DNA of 64,000 nt from Verrucomicrobiota bacterium (GTDB lineage Bacteria > Verrucomicrobiota > Verrucomicrobiia > Verrucomicrobiales > Verrucomicrobiaceae), in NCBI GenBank assembly GCA_040387935.1, contig JAZKCU010000027.1, forward strand, positions 9,474-73,473, in the 5' to 3' direction. Position numbers and translations under genes: made by a program. The notes beneath the pieces were generated by a model that saw nothing but the letters and a program-made list of their open reading frames with translations, had not been told where the DNA came from and made no database searches. This document shows positions 39,544 through 48,167 of this stretch, in pieces (the stretch's first letter is position 1; every line of letters starts with the position of its first letter).

Positions 39544-39666
39544 AGTTCGAAAAGAGGTGGGTCGCGTCCTTCAGTGGACGAGAAAAAGTCCACCTTTTGG
39601 AACGAGATCGCCTTTTATCAACCGCCAGCACCATCTCAAGTGGCGATATGATGTTTTAACGAAGCA

Positions 39667-39864
39667 TCAGTCCGATGCCGCGATGACAGCGATCACCGGC
39701 ACCTGTATAGGCAGCGTCACAACATCCACGGCGGCAGCAACGACCCGTTCGCGCGTGGTGACTCTGCCGGTGAAGGAATCGCGAAACTGCAGGCCAGCGC
39801 TCACACAGCTCGGAAGGATCAGGGTGAGGGCGGCGAGACTGAGCAGATAGAGTCTTTTTTTCAT
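39667..39864 (-). CDS. small putative lipoprotein (65 aa)
   Basis: MKKRLYLLSLAALTLILPSC lipobox. Very short, so weak. Confidence 0.3.
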   Translation of the reverse strand: MKKRLYLLSLAALTLILPSCVSAGLQFRDSFTGRVTTRERVVAAAVDVVTLPIQVPVIAVIAASD

Positions 39865-39989
39865 GGCGATGCGGGTTTTGTGGTGGTTTCCACCCCGAGC
39901 ATCACCGCAGCCGTTCCGGATGCCTCATTGAAAGGCTCAATGCTGCCATTGATGCGCTCAATGGCACGAACGGGCATCACCCTGCCAGC

Positions 39990-40892
39990 TTAGAGCATCT
40001 CACCTGCCACATCACCCATGCGGGCGTAGACTTCGCGCCCGGCGGCGCTTTGTTCGAGGAGGTCGTCGGCGAAGCGGACTTTGCCGGATTCGAAGACGGT
40101 GATGACGCAGGACCCGCCGAAACGGAAGTAGCCCTTCTCAGCTCCCTTGGCCATGAACTGCATGGGGCGTGAGGTATGGACGACGGAACCCACGCAAGTG
40201 GCGCCGACTTCGAGGAAGGCGACCTCGCCAAGATGATCCGTGCGGATGCGGGTGAGGTAGCGCTTGTTCTCCCAGAGGATGCTGGGGCGCCTCGCCAAAG
40301 CGATGGGACTCACGGAATACAGCGGGCCTTCGATGAGACGCGGGGTGCCGTTGAAGCCGCTGACAGGGAAGTGAAAGCGGTGATAGTCTGTGGGGCAGAG
40401 GCGGGAGATGATCAGGCTGCCCTTGTCAAAACGGGCGGCGATACCGGAGTCGCCAAGCAGGGCGGTGATGTCAAAGCGGATGCCTTTGACAAAGAAATCC
40501 CGGCACTGCGAGACGTCTGGAATGACGAGGTGACGACCGTCCGCAGGCAAAACGATGGCCTTCTCATCAGCGACGATGGGCCGCGCTTCAGGCTTGAGCT
40601 TACGGTAGAAGAACTCGTTGAAGGTCTTGAAGCTCTCGACGGGGTCGGCGAACTCGGAGACATCCAGCCCGAACTTATCGATGAAGGGAAGGATCTCCGC
40701 CTTGCTGGCCGGGGAGTCCATGCGTGCGCCATACCATTTGGAAAAAATGGACCGCTTCACCAAGGCATGCAAAGGCAGGCCACCCACCGGATTCTCATAC
40801 ACGAAGCGCAATGACTTTTCGCCATAGACGTCCTCGGTCTCAATCTGCTGGGTAAGGCGGTTGAAGAAATGAATCGGGGCGGGGGGCGACAT
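39990..40892 (-). CDS. psd: phosphatidylserine decarboxylase proenzyme
   Basis: About 300 aa. The FRFGGSCV region matches the Psd self-cleavage G-S motif. Overall a long-form Psd pattern. Confidence 0.75.
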   Translation of the reverse strand: MSPPAPIHFFNRLTQQIETEDVYGEKSLRFVYENPVGGLPLHALVKRSIFSKWYGARMDSPASKAEILPFIDKFGLDVSEFADPVESFKTFNEFFYRKLKPEARPIVADEKAIVLPADGRHLVIPDVSQCRDFFVKGIRFDITALLGDSGIAARFDKGSLIISRLCPTDYHRFHFPVSGFNGTPRLIEGPLYSVSPIALARRPSILWENKRYLTRIRTDHLGEVAFLEVGATCVGSVVHTSRPMQFMAKGAEKGYFRFGGSCVITVFESGKVRFADDLLEQSAAGREVYARMGDVAGEML

Positions 40893-40911
40893 CAGATTCG
40901 ATTCCTTCCAC

Positions 40912-42984
40912 TCACTCAGCTTTTGGAGCTTCGGTCACGGGAGCTGGAGCGGCTTCGTCGGAAGTTTTTTCGGCGCCGGGAGCTTCCACAGGCGCGGCTT
41001 GTTCGGCCACCTCTGTTGGAGTTGGATCGGCGAGGGTTTCTTCGTTGGTCGCTGCAGGCTCTTCAGCAACGGTCGGATCTTCTGCGGCAGGAGCAGCAGC
41101 TTCATCGGCAGCGGTGGCGAGTTCTTCCTCAACAGCTTTCACTTCGCTCGAAGGCGCAGCCTCAGATTCAGTTTCGGGTGTGGACTCGGCGGCTGGAGCA
41201 GCTTCGGCCGATGCTTCATTAGCTTCGGCCGTGGCTTCCTTGGCCTCGGTGCTTTCCACTTCAGCAGAGATTTCAGCGCTCGCTTCTGCATTGGCGACGG
41301 CCGCAGCGGTAGCGGCAGCGGCAGCGGGTGCACTTGGGGTGGCTGGCGCTTTAGGAGCGGCTTGTGGCTCGCCCTGCACACCGAGGAAGACCATGCCGTC
41401 ACTGTATTCGATGACGTAACCTTCGTTGGCGAGCCAGCGGATGTCCTTGATGACAGTGATCTGCTCATCCGTCGGAGCGTGCTTCACGGGAGCAGCGGGG
41501 GCCTCGCCTTCAGCCACTGGGGCAGCTTCGATGACCGGGGATGGAACGATGGACTCCACGAGGTCATGCAGCAGGATGCCAGTCTTGCCTTTGAGGACCT
41601 CCACGAGTTTCGAGACGCGCTCAGAGAAGACCACGCCAGGATCGATGGCCTTTGGCTTCACGCGGCTGACGAAGAGCTTGCCTGCGCGGCGCTTGAAGAG
41701 CTTCAAACCGCGGCGCTCAAAGGTGGCGCCGAGCTTCTGGGACATGTCGAAGAGATGCTTGCGGGCATTCTCCACCGCATGACGCAGCATGATGAAAAGG
41801 ACATGCGTGAGCTTGTTTTTGTCGACGTTGCCAATGACAAGCGCATCACGCTTCTCAGTTACGGCATCATCGGCATGGAAGCGGCGGAAGTGCGCCTCCA
41901 TCTCGGCACGGGAGCTGAAACTCTGCGGCTCGGCACCTTCAGCAGGAGCATCCTTGAGCCAGACCCAGCGGAAACCTTTCTTCTGCTTTTCCTTCCATTC
42001 GGCGACACGCTCTGGAGTTGTGTCCACACGCACGCGGCGCTTGTAGTCTTCCAGCGGCATGTTGCCGAAGCGTTCGCGATGCAGGCGGATGATGGAGGTC
42101 TGGAAGCTGTGATGGCTCGGCGGGCCGAGCAGTTCGCCGCTGAAGCCGCACACGCCGATGCTCTTGAAGTCACCCTTGGGTTCTTCGAGTTCGATCTCCT
42201 CAGCGCGGTAGAAAGTCTCCAGCGCCTTGCCGCGAAGCACATGCTGCACGGCTTCATCACGAGTCAGGAAGAGGCCGCCATCGTTGGTGGCAAACAGGCC
42301 GGATGAGCGCTCGTTGGCGCATTGATAGCGGGCGTGGAAGCGATCTCCCTCTGCCAGCACGAGGCGGGCGGCATCAAACATGCTGAAGGCGTGGCCGGTG
42401 CTGCGGATGTGATTGGCGAGGGCCTCGGCGGACTTGTCTTCCGGCTCGATGACGACTTGCACGTCTTTTGGAATCTCCACCCACTCACGCTGCGGCGGGC
42501 CGCCGCGCTGATCACGGTCACGATCTCCGAAACGACGAGGGCCACCGCGCTGGTCGCGGTCACGGTCTCCCCCGCCACGAGGACCACCACCTGCACCCGG
42601 AGGTCTGCCACCTGGGGGACCATCACGACGCGGAGGCCGCGAGTCGCCACGCGGGCCTGCACCTTGACCAGGGCCGCCGGGGCCGCCTGGGCGAGGTCCA
42701 CCGAAGCCACCACCGGGGGGGCCGTCACGGCGGGGAGGGGGACCATCACGACGGCCCGTAGGCGGGCCGCGACGATCTCCGCGATCTCCAAAACCACCGC
42801 CGCTACGGCGGGGGCCACGGTCTTCCCGCTCTTCAAAGCGGCTAAAGTCTGTGCCAGTGCTTTCTCCAGCTCCAATCGTCGAGACCCATGCAGGCATCAT
42901 GCGCAGAGAAGTCAAATCCACGGCGGCAGAAGCGGCATCGGAATTGGCCGGTGTTTCGGGGGGCATATCGTTTTCGGTCATGAC
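40912..42984 (-). CDS. hypothetical protein with RGG/PGG-rich N-terminal and Ala/Glu-rich C-terminal disordered regions flanking a globular core
   Basis: The ORF 40912-43035 has its likely start at MTENDMPP. About 110 aa of GPRRSGGGFGDRGDRRGPP...-type repeats. The C-terminus is about 120 aa of A/E/P-rich sequence. Confidence 0.45.
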   Translation of the reverse strand, partial: VMTENDMPPETPANSDAASAAVDLTSLRMMPAWVSTIGAGESTGTDFSRFEEREDRGPRRSGGGFGDRGDRRGPPTGRRDGPPPRRDGPPGGGFGGPRPGGPGGPGQGAGPRGDSRPPRRDGPPGGRPPGAGGGPRGGGDRDRDQRGGPRRFGDRDRDQRGGPPQREWVEIPKDVQVVIEPEDKSAEALANHIRSTGHAFSMFDAARLVLAEGDRFHARYQCANERSSGLFATNDGGLFLTRDEAVQHVLRGKALETFYRAEEIELEEPKGDFKSIGVCGFSGELLGPPSHHSFQTSIIRLHRERFGNMPLEDYKRRVRVDTTPERVAEWKEKQKKGFRWVWLKDAPAEGAEPQSFSSRAEMEAHFRRFHADDAVTEKRDALVIGNVDKNKLTHVLFIMLRHAVENARKHLFDMSQKLGATFERRGLKLFKRRAGKLFVSRVKPKAIDPGVVFSERVSKLVEVLKGKTGILLHDLVESIVPSPVIEAAPVAEGEAPAAPVKHAPTDEQITVIKDIRWLANEGYVIEYSDGMVFLGVQGEPQAAPKAPATPSAPAAAAATAAAVANAEASAEISAEVESTEAKEATAEANEASAEAAPAAESTPETESEAAPSSEVKAVEEELATAADEAAAPAAEDPTVAEEPAATNEETLADPTPTEVAEQAAPVEAPGAEKTSDEAAPAPVTEAPKAE

Positions 42985-43288
42985 TGAGGAGCGAAGGGGC
43001 GCGCAGTATGAATGCCTTCGCAAGATTGTCTCCAACTTTGTTACACCTCCCGCTCAGGAATAATGGGAGGGAAAACATGTGGCGCGCGCGCCCTTAGAAC
43101 GCTGCGCAATGAAGACTCCTACTACTTTGGAGTGATCTTTGCGGAAGTGATGCGGGTTTGTGGGTGGTGTGCAGACCGACGTGGTGCTCTTTGGAAGCAG
43201 CCGGGAACTTTATCGCGATGCGGAAACATGGGAGTTTGCCAGTGTCCGGTCACGCCTCTTATAGTTTAGGCTTCCCCCTCCCTTCACC

Positions 43289-44698
43289 TTGTCGGCCCCC
43301 GCTCCCAAACTCACCGAAAAAGCCCGTTCGCTGCTCTCTCGCGGACTGGGCTCGCGCATGGTGTCGGGGTTTGTGCTGGTGGCAGTGCTGACGGTGGTGT
43401 CCAAGGCGGTCTCGTTTGTCAAGGATGCGGCGGTGGCGCGGCAGTTTGGCATCAGCGATGAGCTGGACGCCTTCATGTTCTCCTTCGGGCTTCTGACCTT
43501 CATCGCGGCGCTGATCGGCGGAGGTTTGCCGGAGGCTTTCCTGCCTCTGTATGCGGAGGTCACTCACCTCAAAGATGCCCGGCGCGCGAGACGACTGGCA
43601 GTGCAGTCGAGCGTGCTCCATGTGCTGAGCCTCGCCACCATTGCCGTGGTGATCTGGTGCATCGCGCCGCAGATCGTGGAGTGGACCACGCGGGGCTTCT
43701 CCCATGAGAAGCAGGCGCTGGCGGTGACCCTGCTGCGCACGCTGCTGCCTTTCATGGTGTGCTTTGGCCTCAGCTATCAGCTCGGCACATGGCTGCGGGC
43801 AGACAAGCATTTCGCGGTCGCCTCCTCGTCTCCGATGATCGTGCCGCTGACCATCATTGTCTGGCTGATCATGGATCGAGAGCAGCCCAGCGCGAACACT
43901 CTGGTCAATGGCACGGTGGTCGGCGCAGCACTGCATTTGCTCGTCTTGAGCTCGGTACTGTGGAAGAGGGACGGGCTGACTCCGGCCTTCCTGGTGGGCT
44001 GCCTGCGAGGCTGGGAGCCGGAGTTGCGCGGGGTGATCCGCAATTCACTGCCCTTCCTTTTCGCGGGTGCCATCTTCAGCAGCGCCGTGGTCGTGGACCA
44101 GACCATGGCATCATGGCTGGAGGCAGGCAGTGTGGCGGTGTTGGGTTACACGGACAAGGTGTGCGGCATCATCCTGGCCGTGACGGTGGCGCCGAGCTGT
44201 GATGTGCTCTTCCCGTATTTTGCGGACAAGGTGGCGCGCCGTGATTGGGCAGGTGTGAAGCATCAGCTCTTCACCAGCGCGGGCATCATCCTCAGCGCGG
44301 CATTGCCTGCGGCGCTGCTGCTGTGCTGGCTGGCCCCGTGGGTCATCGCGCTGCTGTTTGAGCGCGGCTCCTTCACGCCGGAGGACACGCAGCGTGTGGC
44401 CGCGGTGCTGCGCTTTGCGGCCTTGCAGATTCCTTTCTACATCCTCGGCAGCCTGGCTTCGCGGGTGGTGGTGGCCATGCAGGCCACGAACTTCATCATC
44501 GTGCTCTCCTTCATCGGGCTGGTGGGCAATGCCGCGCTGAACTGGCTGCTCATGCAGCAGATGGGGGCGGCGGGCATCGCGCTGGCCACGGTGATTGTGC
44601 AGATGATCTCTGCCACGCTCGCCTGCCTTTATGTGCTGCGGCAGATCGGCTACCGGATTGCGGCCTCAACCTCGGATTCAGTCACTCCTCCCACTTAA
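43289..44698 (+). CDS. murJ: lipid II flippase MurJ (MviN) family
   Basis: 12-14 TM helices. The N-terminal pattern G.V.....SK..SFVKDAAVARQFG..DELDAF is typical of MurJ. Confidence 0.6.
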   Translation: MSAPAPKLTEKARSLLSRGLGSRMVSGFVLVAVLTVVSKAVSFVKDAAVARQFGISDELDAFMFSFGLLTFIAALIGGGLPEAFLPLYAEVTHLKDARRARRLAVQSSVLHVLSLATIAVVIWCIAPQIVEWTTRGFSHEKQALAVTLLRTLLPFMVCFGLSYQLGTWLRADKHFAVASSSPMIVPLTIIVWLIMDREQPSANTLVNGTVVGAALHLLVLSSVLWKRDGLTPAFLVGCLRGWEPELRGVIRNSLPFLFAGAIFSSAVVVDQTMASWLEAGSVAVLGYTDKVCGIILAVTVAPSCDVLFPYFADKVARRDWAGVKHQLFTSAGIILSAALPAALLLCWLAPWVIALLFERGSFTPEDTQRVAAVLRFAALQIPFYILGSLASRVVVAMQATNFIIVLSFIGLVGNAALNWLLMQQMGAAGIALATVIVQMISATLACLYVLRQIGYRIAASTSDSVTPPT

Positions 44699-44757
44699 AT
44701 CTTTTCATTCAAGACACGGGCAAGCAGGATGCCTGCCCCACCTTCATCTCTCCCGTC

Positions 44758-45033
44758 ATGCCAGCGAAACAGATCCTCTACACCGGCCGCGTCCAGGGCG
44801 TCGGCTTCCGTTACACCACCAAGCAGATCGCCTCAGGTTATGAGGTCACGGGCAGCGTGCGCAACCTGCCAGATGGCCGTGTGGAGCTCAAGGCCATGTC
44901 CTTTGACTTGGATGAACTGGACGCTTTTCTTACTGCCATCGACGAAAGCAATCTTGGTTCGCTGATCAAGGAGCGCGAGGTCGTGAGCATCCCGGCGATG
45001 ACTGGTGTGCGCGGGTTTAGCATTGAGCGGTGA
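44758..45033 (+). CDS. acyP: acylphosphatase
   Basis: 91 aa with the VQGVGFR signature. Confidence 0.8.
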   Translation: MPAKQILYTGRVQGVGFRYTTKQIASGYEVTGSVRNLPDGRVELKAMSFDLDELDAFLTAIDESNLGSLIKEREVVSIPAMTGVRGFSIER

Positions 45034-45128
45034 AAACGTTCGGAATCGTGGGAAAGGGACGCTAGTCCGGGGATGGGCGGGCTTTTGATACAGGATTAAC
45101 GGGATTTCAGGATTAACATGATTTTTTG

Positions 45129-46091
45129 TTAGACTTCTAGCGCCCGCTGGATCATCGCCATGCTGGCGTTGCCGCCGGTGAGGATGCAGGCGACGCGTTT
45201 ACCTTGCCACGTCGCGTGCTGCTTTTTGAGGGCAGCATAGGCAAGAGCGCCTGCACCTTCGGCGATGTTGTGAGTGGCCTGGATGAGCTTGCGCATGGCG
45301 GTGACAGCTTCGTCATCGCTGACGGTGACGACGTCATGAGCGTGGCGGAGCACCTGCTCGAGCGCCTGTTGGTCTGGGGTCTTACAGGCGACGCCCTCGG
45401 CCACCTGGGTGGTGCTGGTTTGCTCGACGAACTGCTTTTGCTGAAACGACAGGGCATAGGCGGCCGCGTGCTCGGACACCACGCCAATAATGCGGGTCTT
45501 TAATCCCAGGGCCTCACGTGCGGCCGTGACCCCACAGAAGCCGGAGCCGAGCCCGATGGGAACAAAGACGACGTCGATGTCCTTCACGGCGTGAAAGAGC
45601 TCCAGCCCATAGGTGGCCACGCCGCGGACAAGCCAGGAATGGAAGGAAGGCACGGCGTGGAGCCCATCGCGAGCAGCGAGCTCGCGGGAATACTCCAAAG
45701 CTTCCTGAAACTGCCCACCGTGCTCCACCAGTTCAGCCCCGAGCGAGCGCATCGCGGCGTTTTTCTCCGGATTGTTCCCGTGCGGCACCACGATGACCGC
45801 CCGCAGGCCATGCTGCCTGGCGGCGAAGGCGATGGACTGGCCGTGGTTTCCCGTCGTGGCGGCAATGACGCCCGTCACCTCCGGACTCTGGCGTTTCAGC
45901 TCATCCATGTAGACCAGTCCGCCGCGGATCTTGAAGGCACCCACGGGAGTGTGATTCTCATGCTTCAGCCATAACTCGCAGCCCAGTCCCGCTTCCAGCA
46001 ACGGCCAGCGATACGCTGGCGTCTCGTGGATGTGCGGACGGATCACGGCCATGGCGGCCTGGATCTCGGCAAAGGTTGGCAGGGGCTGCAT
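45129..46091 (-). CDS. threonine ammonia-lyase/serine dehydratase-like PLP enzyme (tryptophan-synthase-beta fold, no ACT domain)
   Basis: PLP-lysine motif HTPVGAFKIRGG and Gly-rich loop GLGSGF. Start chosen at MQPLPTF. Confidence 0.65.
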   Translation of the reverse strand: MQPLPTFAEIQAAMAVIRPHIHETPAYRWPLLEAGLGCELWLKHENHTPVGAFKIRGGLVYMDELKRQSPEVTGVIAATTGNHGQSIAFAARQHGLRAVIVVPHGNNPEKNAAMRSLGAELVEHGGQFQEALEYSRELAARDGLHAVPSFHSWLVRGVATYGLELFHAVKDIDVVFVPIGLGSGFCGVTAAREALGLKTRIIGVVSEHAAAYALSFQQKQFVEQTSTTQVAEGVACKTPDQQALEQVLRHAHDVVTVSDDEAVTAMRKLIQATHNIAEGAGALAYAALKKQHATWQGKRVACILTGGNASMAMIQRALEV

Positions 46092-46180
46092 GAAGCAGCC
46101 TGCCGCTCGCCTGGTGGGCGTCAACCTTCGGGGAAGCACCGGTTGCATTACCCGGCAAACTCGGCTTTTTCGCGGGCACC

Positions 46181-46468
46181 ATGGTCAATGTCATTGTCAT
46201 CCTCGAAATCGACCCGGCGCGTGTCGATGAATTCCTCGAAGTCATCACCTTCAACGCGGCGGAGTCCGTGAAGGAGCCGGGATGCACCCGTTTTGAGGTG
46301 AACCGCCAGTTTGAGCAGCCGAATCTCTTCGCTCTCAGTGAGCAGTATCACGATCAGGCTGCCATGGAGGCACACTACCAGACGCCTCATTTCGCGCAGT
46401 GGAAGGAAAAATCCGCCACCGGGTTCGTGCTGAAGCGCTGGGCGGTGAAAGGCCCGGTCCTAGACTGA
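46181..46468 (+). CDS. antibiotic biosynthesis monooxygenase (ABM) family protein
   Basis: 95 aa with a ferredoxin-like ABM pattern. Confidence 0.6.
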   Translation: MVNVIVILEIDPARVDEFLEVITFNAAESVKEPGCTRFEVNRQFEQPNLFALSEQYHDQAAMEAHYQTPHFAQWKEKSATGFVLKRWAVKGPVLD

Positions 46469-46495
46469 CCTGGCGCGCGTAGCTTATCTATCTCT

Positions 46496-47494
46496 GTGGA
46501 AGACGCCTTCGGCCATCACATCTCTTACCTGCGGGTGTCCGTCACCGACCGGTGCAACGAACGCTGCCGGTATTGCATGCCTGAGGAGGAGCAGGCTTGG
46601 TTCCCCAAGGAGGAGGTCCTGACCTATGAGGAGATGCTACGCGTCCTCCAAGTGGGGGCCAAACTGGGCATCAAGAAGGTCCGTGTGACCGGTGGGGAGC
46701 CGCTCACGCGTCCTGGCGTGGCCGATTTCTGCGCGCAAATCTCCCGCATCCCGGGCATCCAGCAGGTGGGCATATCCACGAACGGCACTCTTTTGAGCAA
46801 GCTGGAGCAGGGAGAAACCATCGCCGCACGGCTGGTGAAGGCTGGCGTTTACAGTGCGAACATCTCGCTCGATTCCCTGGATCGGGCATCCTATCAGCGC
46901 ACCACAGGCCGGGATCTGCTGCCAAAGGTGCTGGAAGGTATCAATGCGGCGATCTCGGCGGGTTTTCGGGCCATCCATCTGAACTGCGTCCTGATGAAGA
47001 ACCAGACGGACCGCGAGTTCGTGCCGCTCATCAAATACGCCTATGAAAAAGGCCTGCTGCTGCGCTTCATCGAGCTCATGCCCGTCAGCACGCAGGAAGT
47101 GCTGAGCGAGAGCAACTTCCTCTCCACCCATGCCGCGAAGCAGATGATCGAGCAGCACTACGGGCCGCTCGTTCCGCAGCCTGACTTTAAGACGAACGGC
47201 CCGGCCACGTATTACTCCATCCCTGGCACGGAGCAGAAGATCGGCTTCATCGGGGCGATGACGAACCTGCACTTCTGCGAGAGCTGCAACAAGCTCCGCC
47301 TCACCAGCGATGGCAAACTGCGGCCTTGTCTAGGCAGCTACCTGGAGTTTGACTTGAAAGAGAGACTGCGCGCCGGATGCACAGATGAGGAACTGGTGGA
47401 CTTCCTCCAAGGCGTGGTGGCCCGGAAGCCCAAGGAACACGATTTCCGGCATAACTACCAGCCAAACCGCCGCATGATCGCCATCGGTGGTTAG
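46496..47494 (+). CDS. moaA: GTP 3',8-cyclase MoaA (radical SAM)
   Basis: CNERCRYCMP radical-SAM cluster motif. A C-terminal second Cys cluster is CESCNKLRLTSDGKLRPC. Confidence 0.85.
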   Translation: MEDAFGHHISYLRVSVTDRCNERCRYCMPEEEQAWFPKEEVLTYEEMLRVLQVGAKLGIKKVRVTGGEPLTRPGVADFCAQISRIPGIQQVGISTNGTLLSKLEQGETIAARLVKAGVYSANISLDSLDRASYQRTTGRDLLPKVLEGINAAISAGFRAIHLNCVLMKNQTDREFVPLIKYAYEKGLLLRFIELMPVSTQEVLSESNFLSTHAAKQMIEQHYGPLVPQPDFKTNGPATYYSIPGTEQKIGFIGAMTNLHFCESCNKLRLTSDGKLRPCLGSYLEFDLKERLRAGCTDEELVDFLQGVVARKPKEHDFRHNYQPNRRMIAIGG

Positions 47495-47543
47495 GTCAAG
47501 GCTTGCATCTCACCACCCCAAGGATCACACGATCCTCACGCTG

Positions 47544-48167
47544 ATGGCCATGTCTTCCTCATCACCCGTCTGTGCCACGCTGCTGCTCGCGGGCGGGAGA
47601 TCTCAGCGTATGGGGACGGACAAGGCGCTGCTTTCCTGGCGGGGGAGTCCGCTCTGGCAGGTGCAGCTCGGGAAGCTGCTGGAGCTCGAGAGTCATCATT
47701 GCTTTGTGTCCTGCCGCGAGGAGCAGAACCTGCATGTGGGATGTCCCGACGCCAAGGTGACGTGGCTCTTTGATCCGGAAAACGACGAAAATGGACCGCT
47801 GGGTGCCATCTCCCGTGCTTTGTCATCAGTCTCCGTGCCGCTCATCGTGCTGGCGGTGGACATGCCCCTCATGACCCTGGATTTTCTGCGCGCGCGGCTG
47901 GAGCGTTCACGGGAGTGCGGCTGCTTTTTCTCCACGGTTCATGGCATCGAGCCCATGACTGGCTGCTATGCGTCTGCCATGCTGCCCGTCATGGAGAGGC
48001 GGCTGGCCCGCGGTGAAAGGAGCCTGCAAAAGCTCATCACGGAATGTGTGGAGCAGGGGCTGGCCCAAGTGAAGCCGCTGACCGCGGAGGAGGAGGGGCT
48101 TTTTGCCAATGCCAACACGCCGGGTGAATGGCAGGATTGCCAGCTTTTCAAAGAGCGCCTAGGTTGA
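47544..48167 (+). CDS. mobA: molybdenum cofactor guanylyltransferase MobA
   Basis: LLAGGRSQRMGTDKALL signature. Directly follows moaA. Confidence 0.7.
   Translation: MAMSSSSPVCATLLLAGGRSQRMGTDKALLSWRGSPLWQVQLGKLLELESHHCFVSCREEQNLHVGCPDAKVTWLFDPENDENGPLGAISRALSSVSVPLIVLAVDMPLMTLDFLRARLERSRECGCFFSTVHGIEPMTGCYASAMLPVMERRLARGERSLQKLITECVEQGLAQVKPLTAEEEGLFANANTPGEWQDCQLFKERLG

Noticed and set aside
45088-45116. Direct repeat caggattaac x2 in the acyP / threonine-dehydratase convergent spacer
   Set aside because: Only 10 bp repeated once. It is consistent with chance in an AT-richer terminator region, with no flanking element features.
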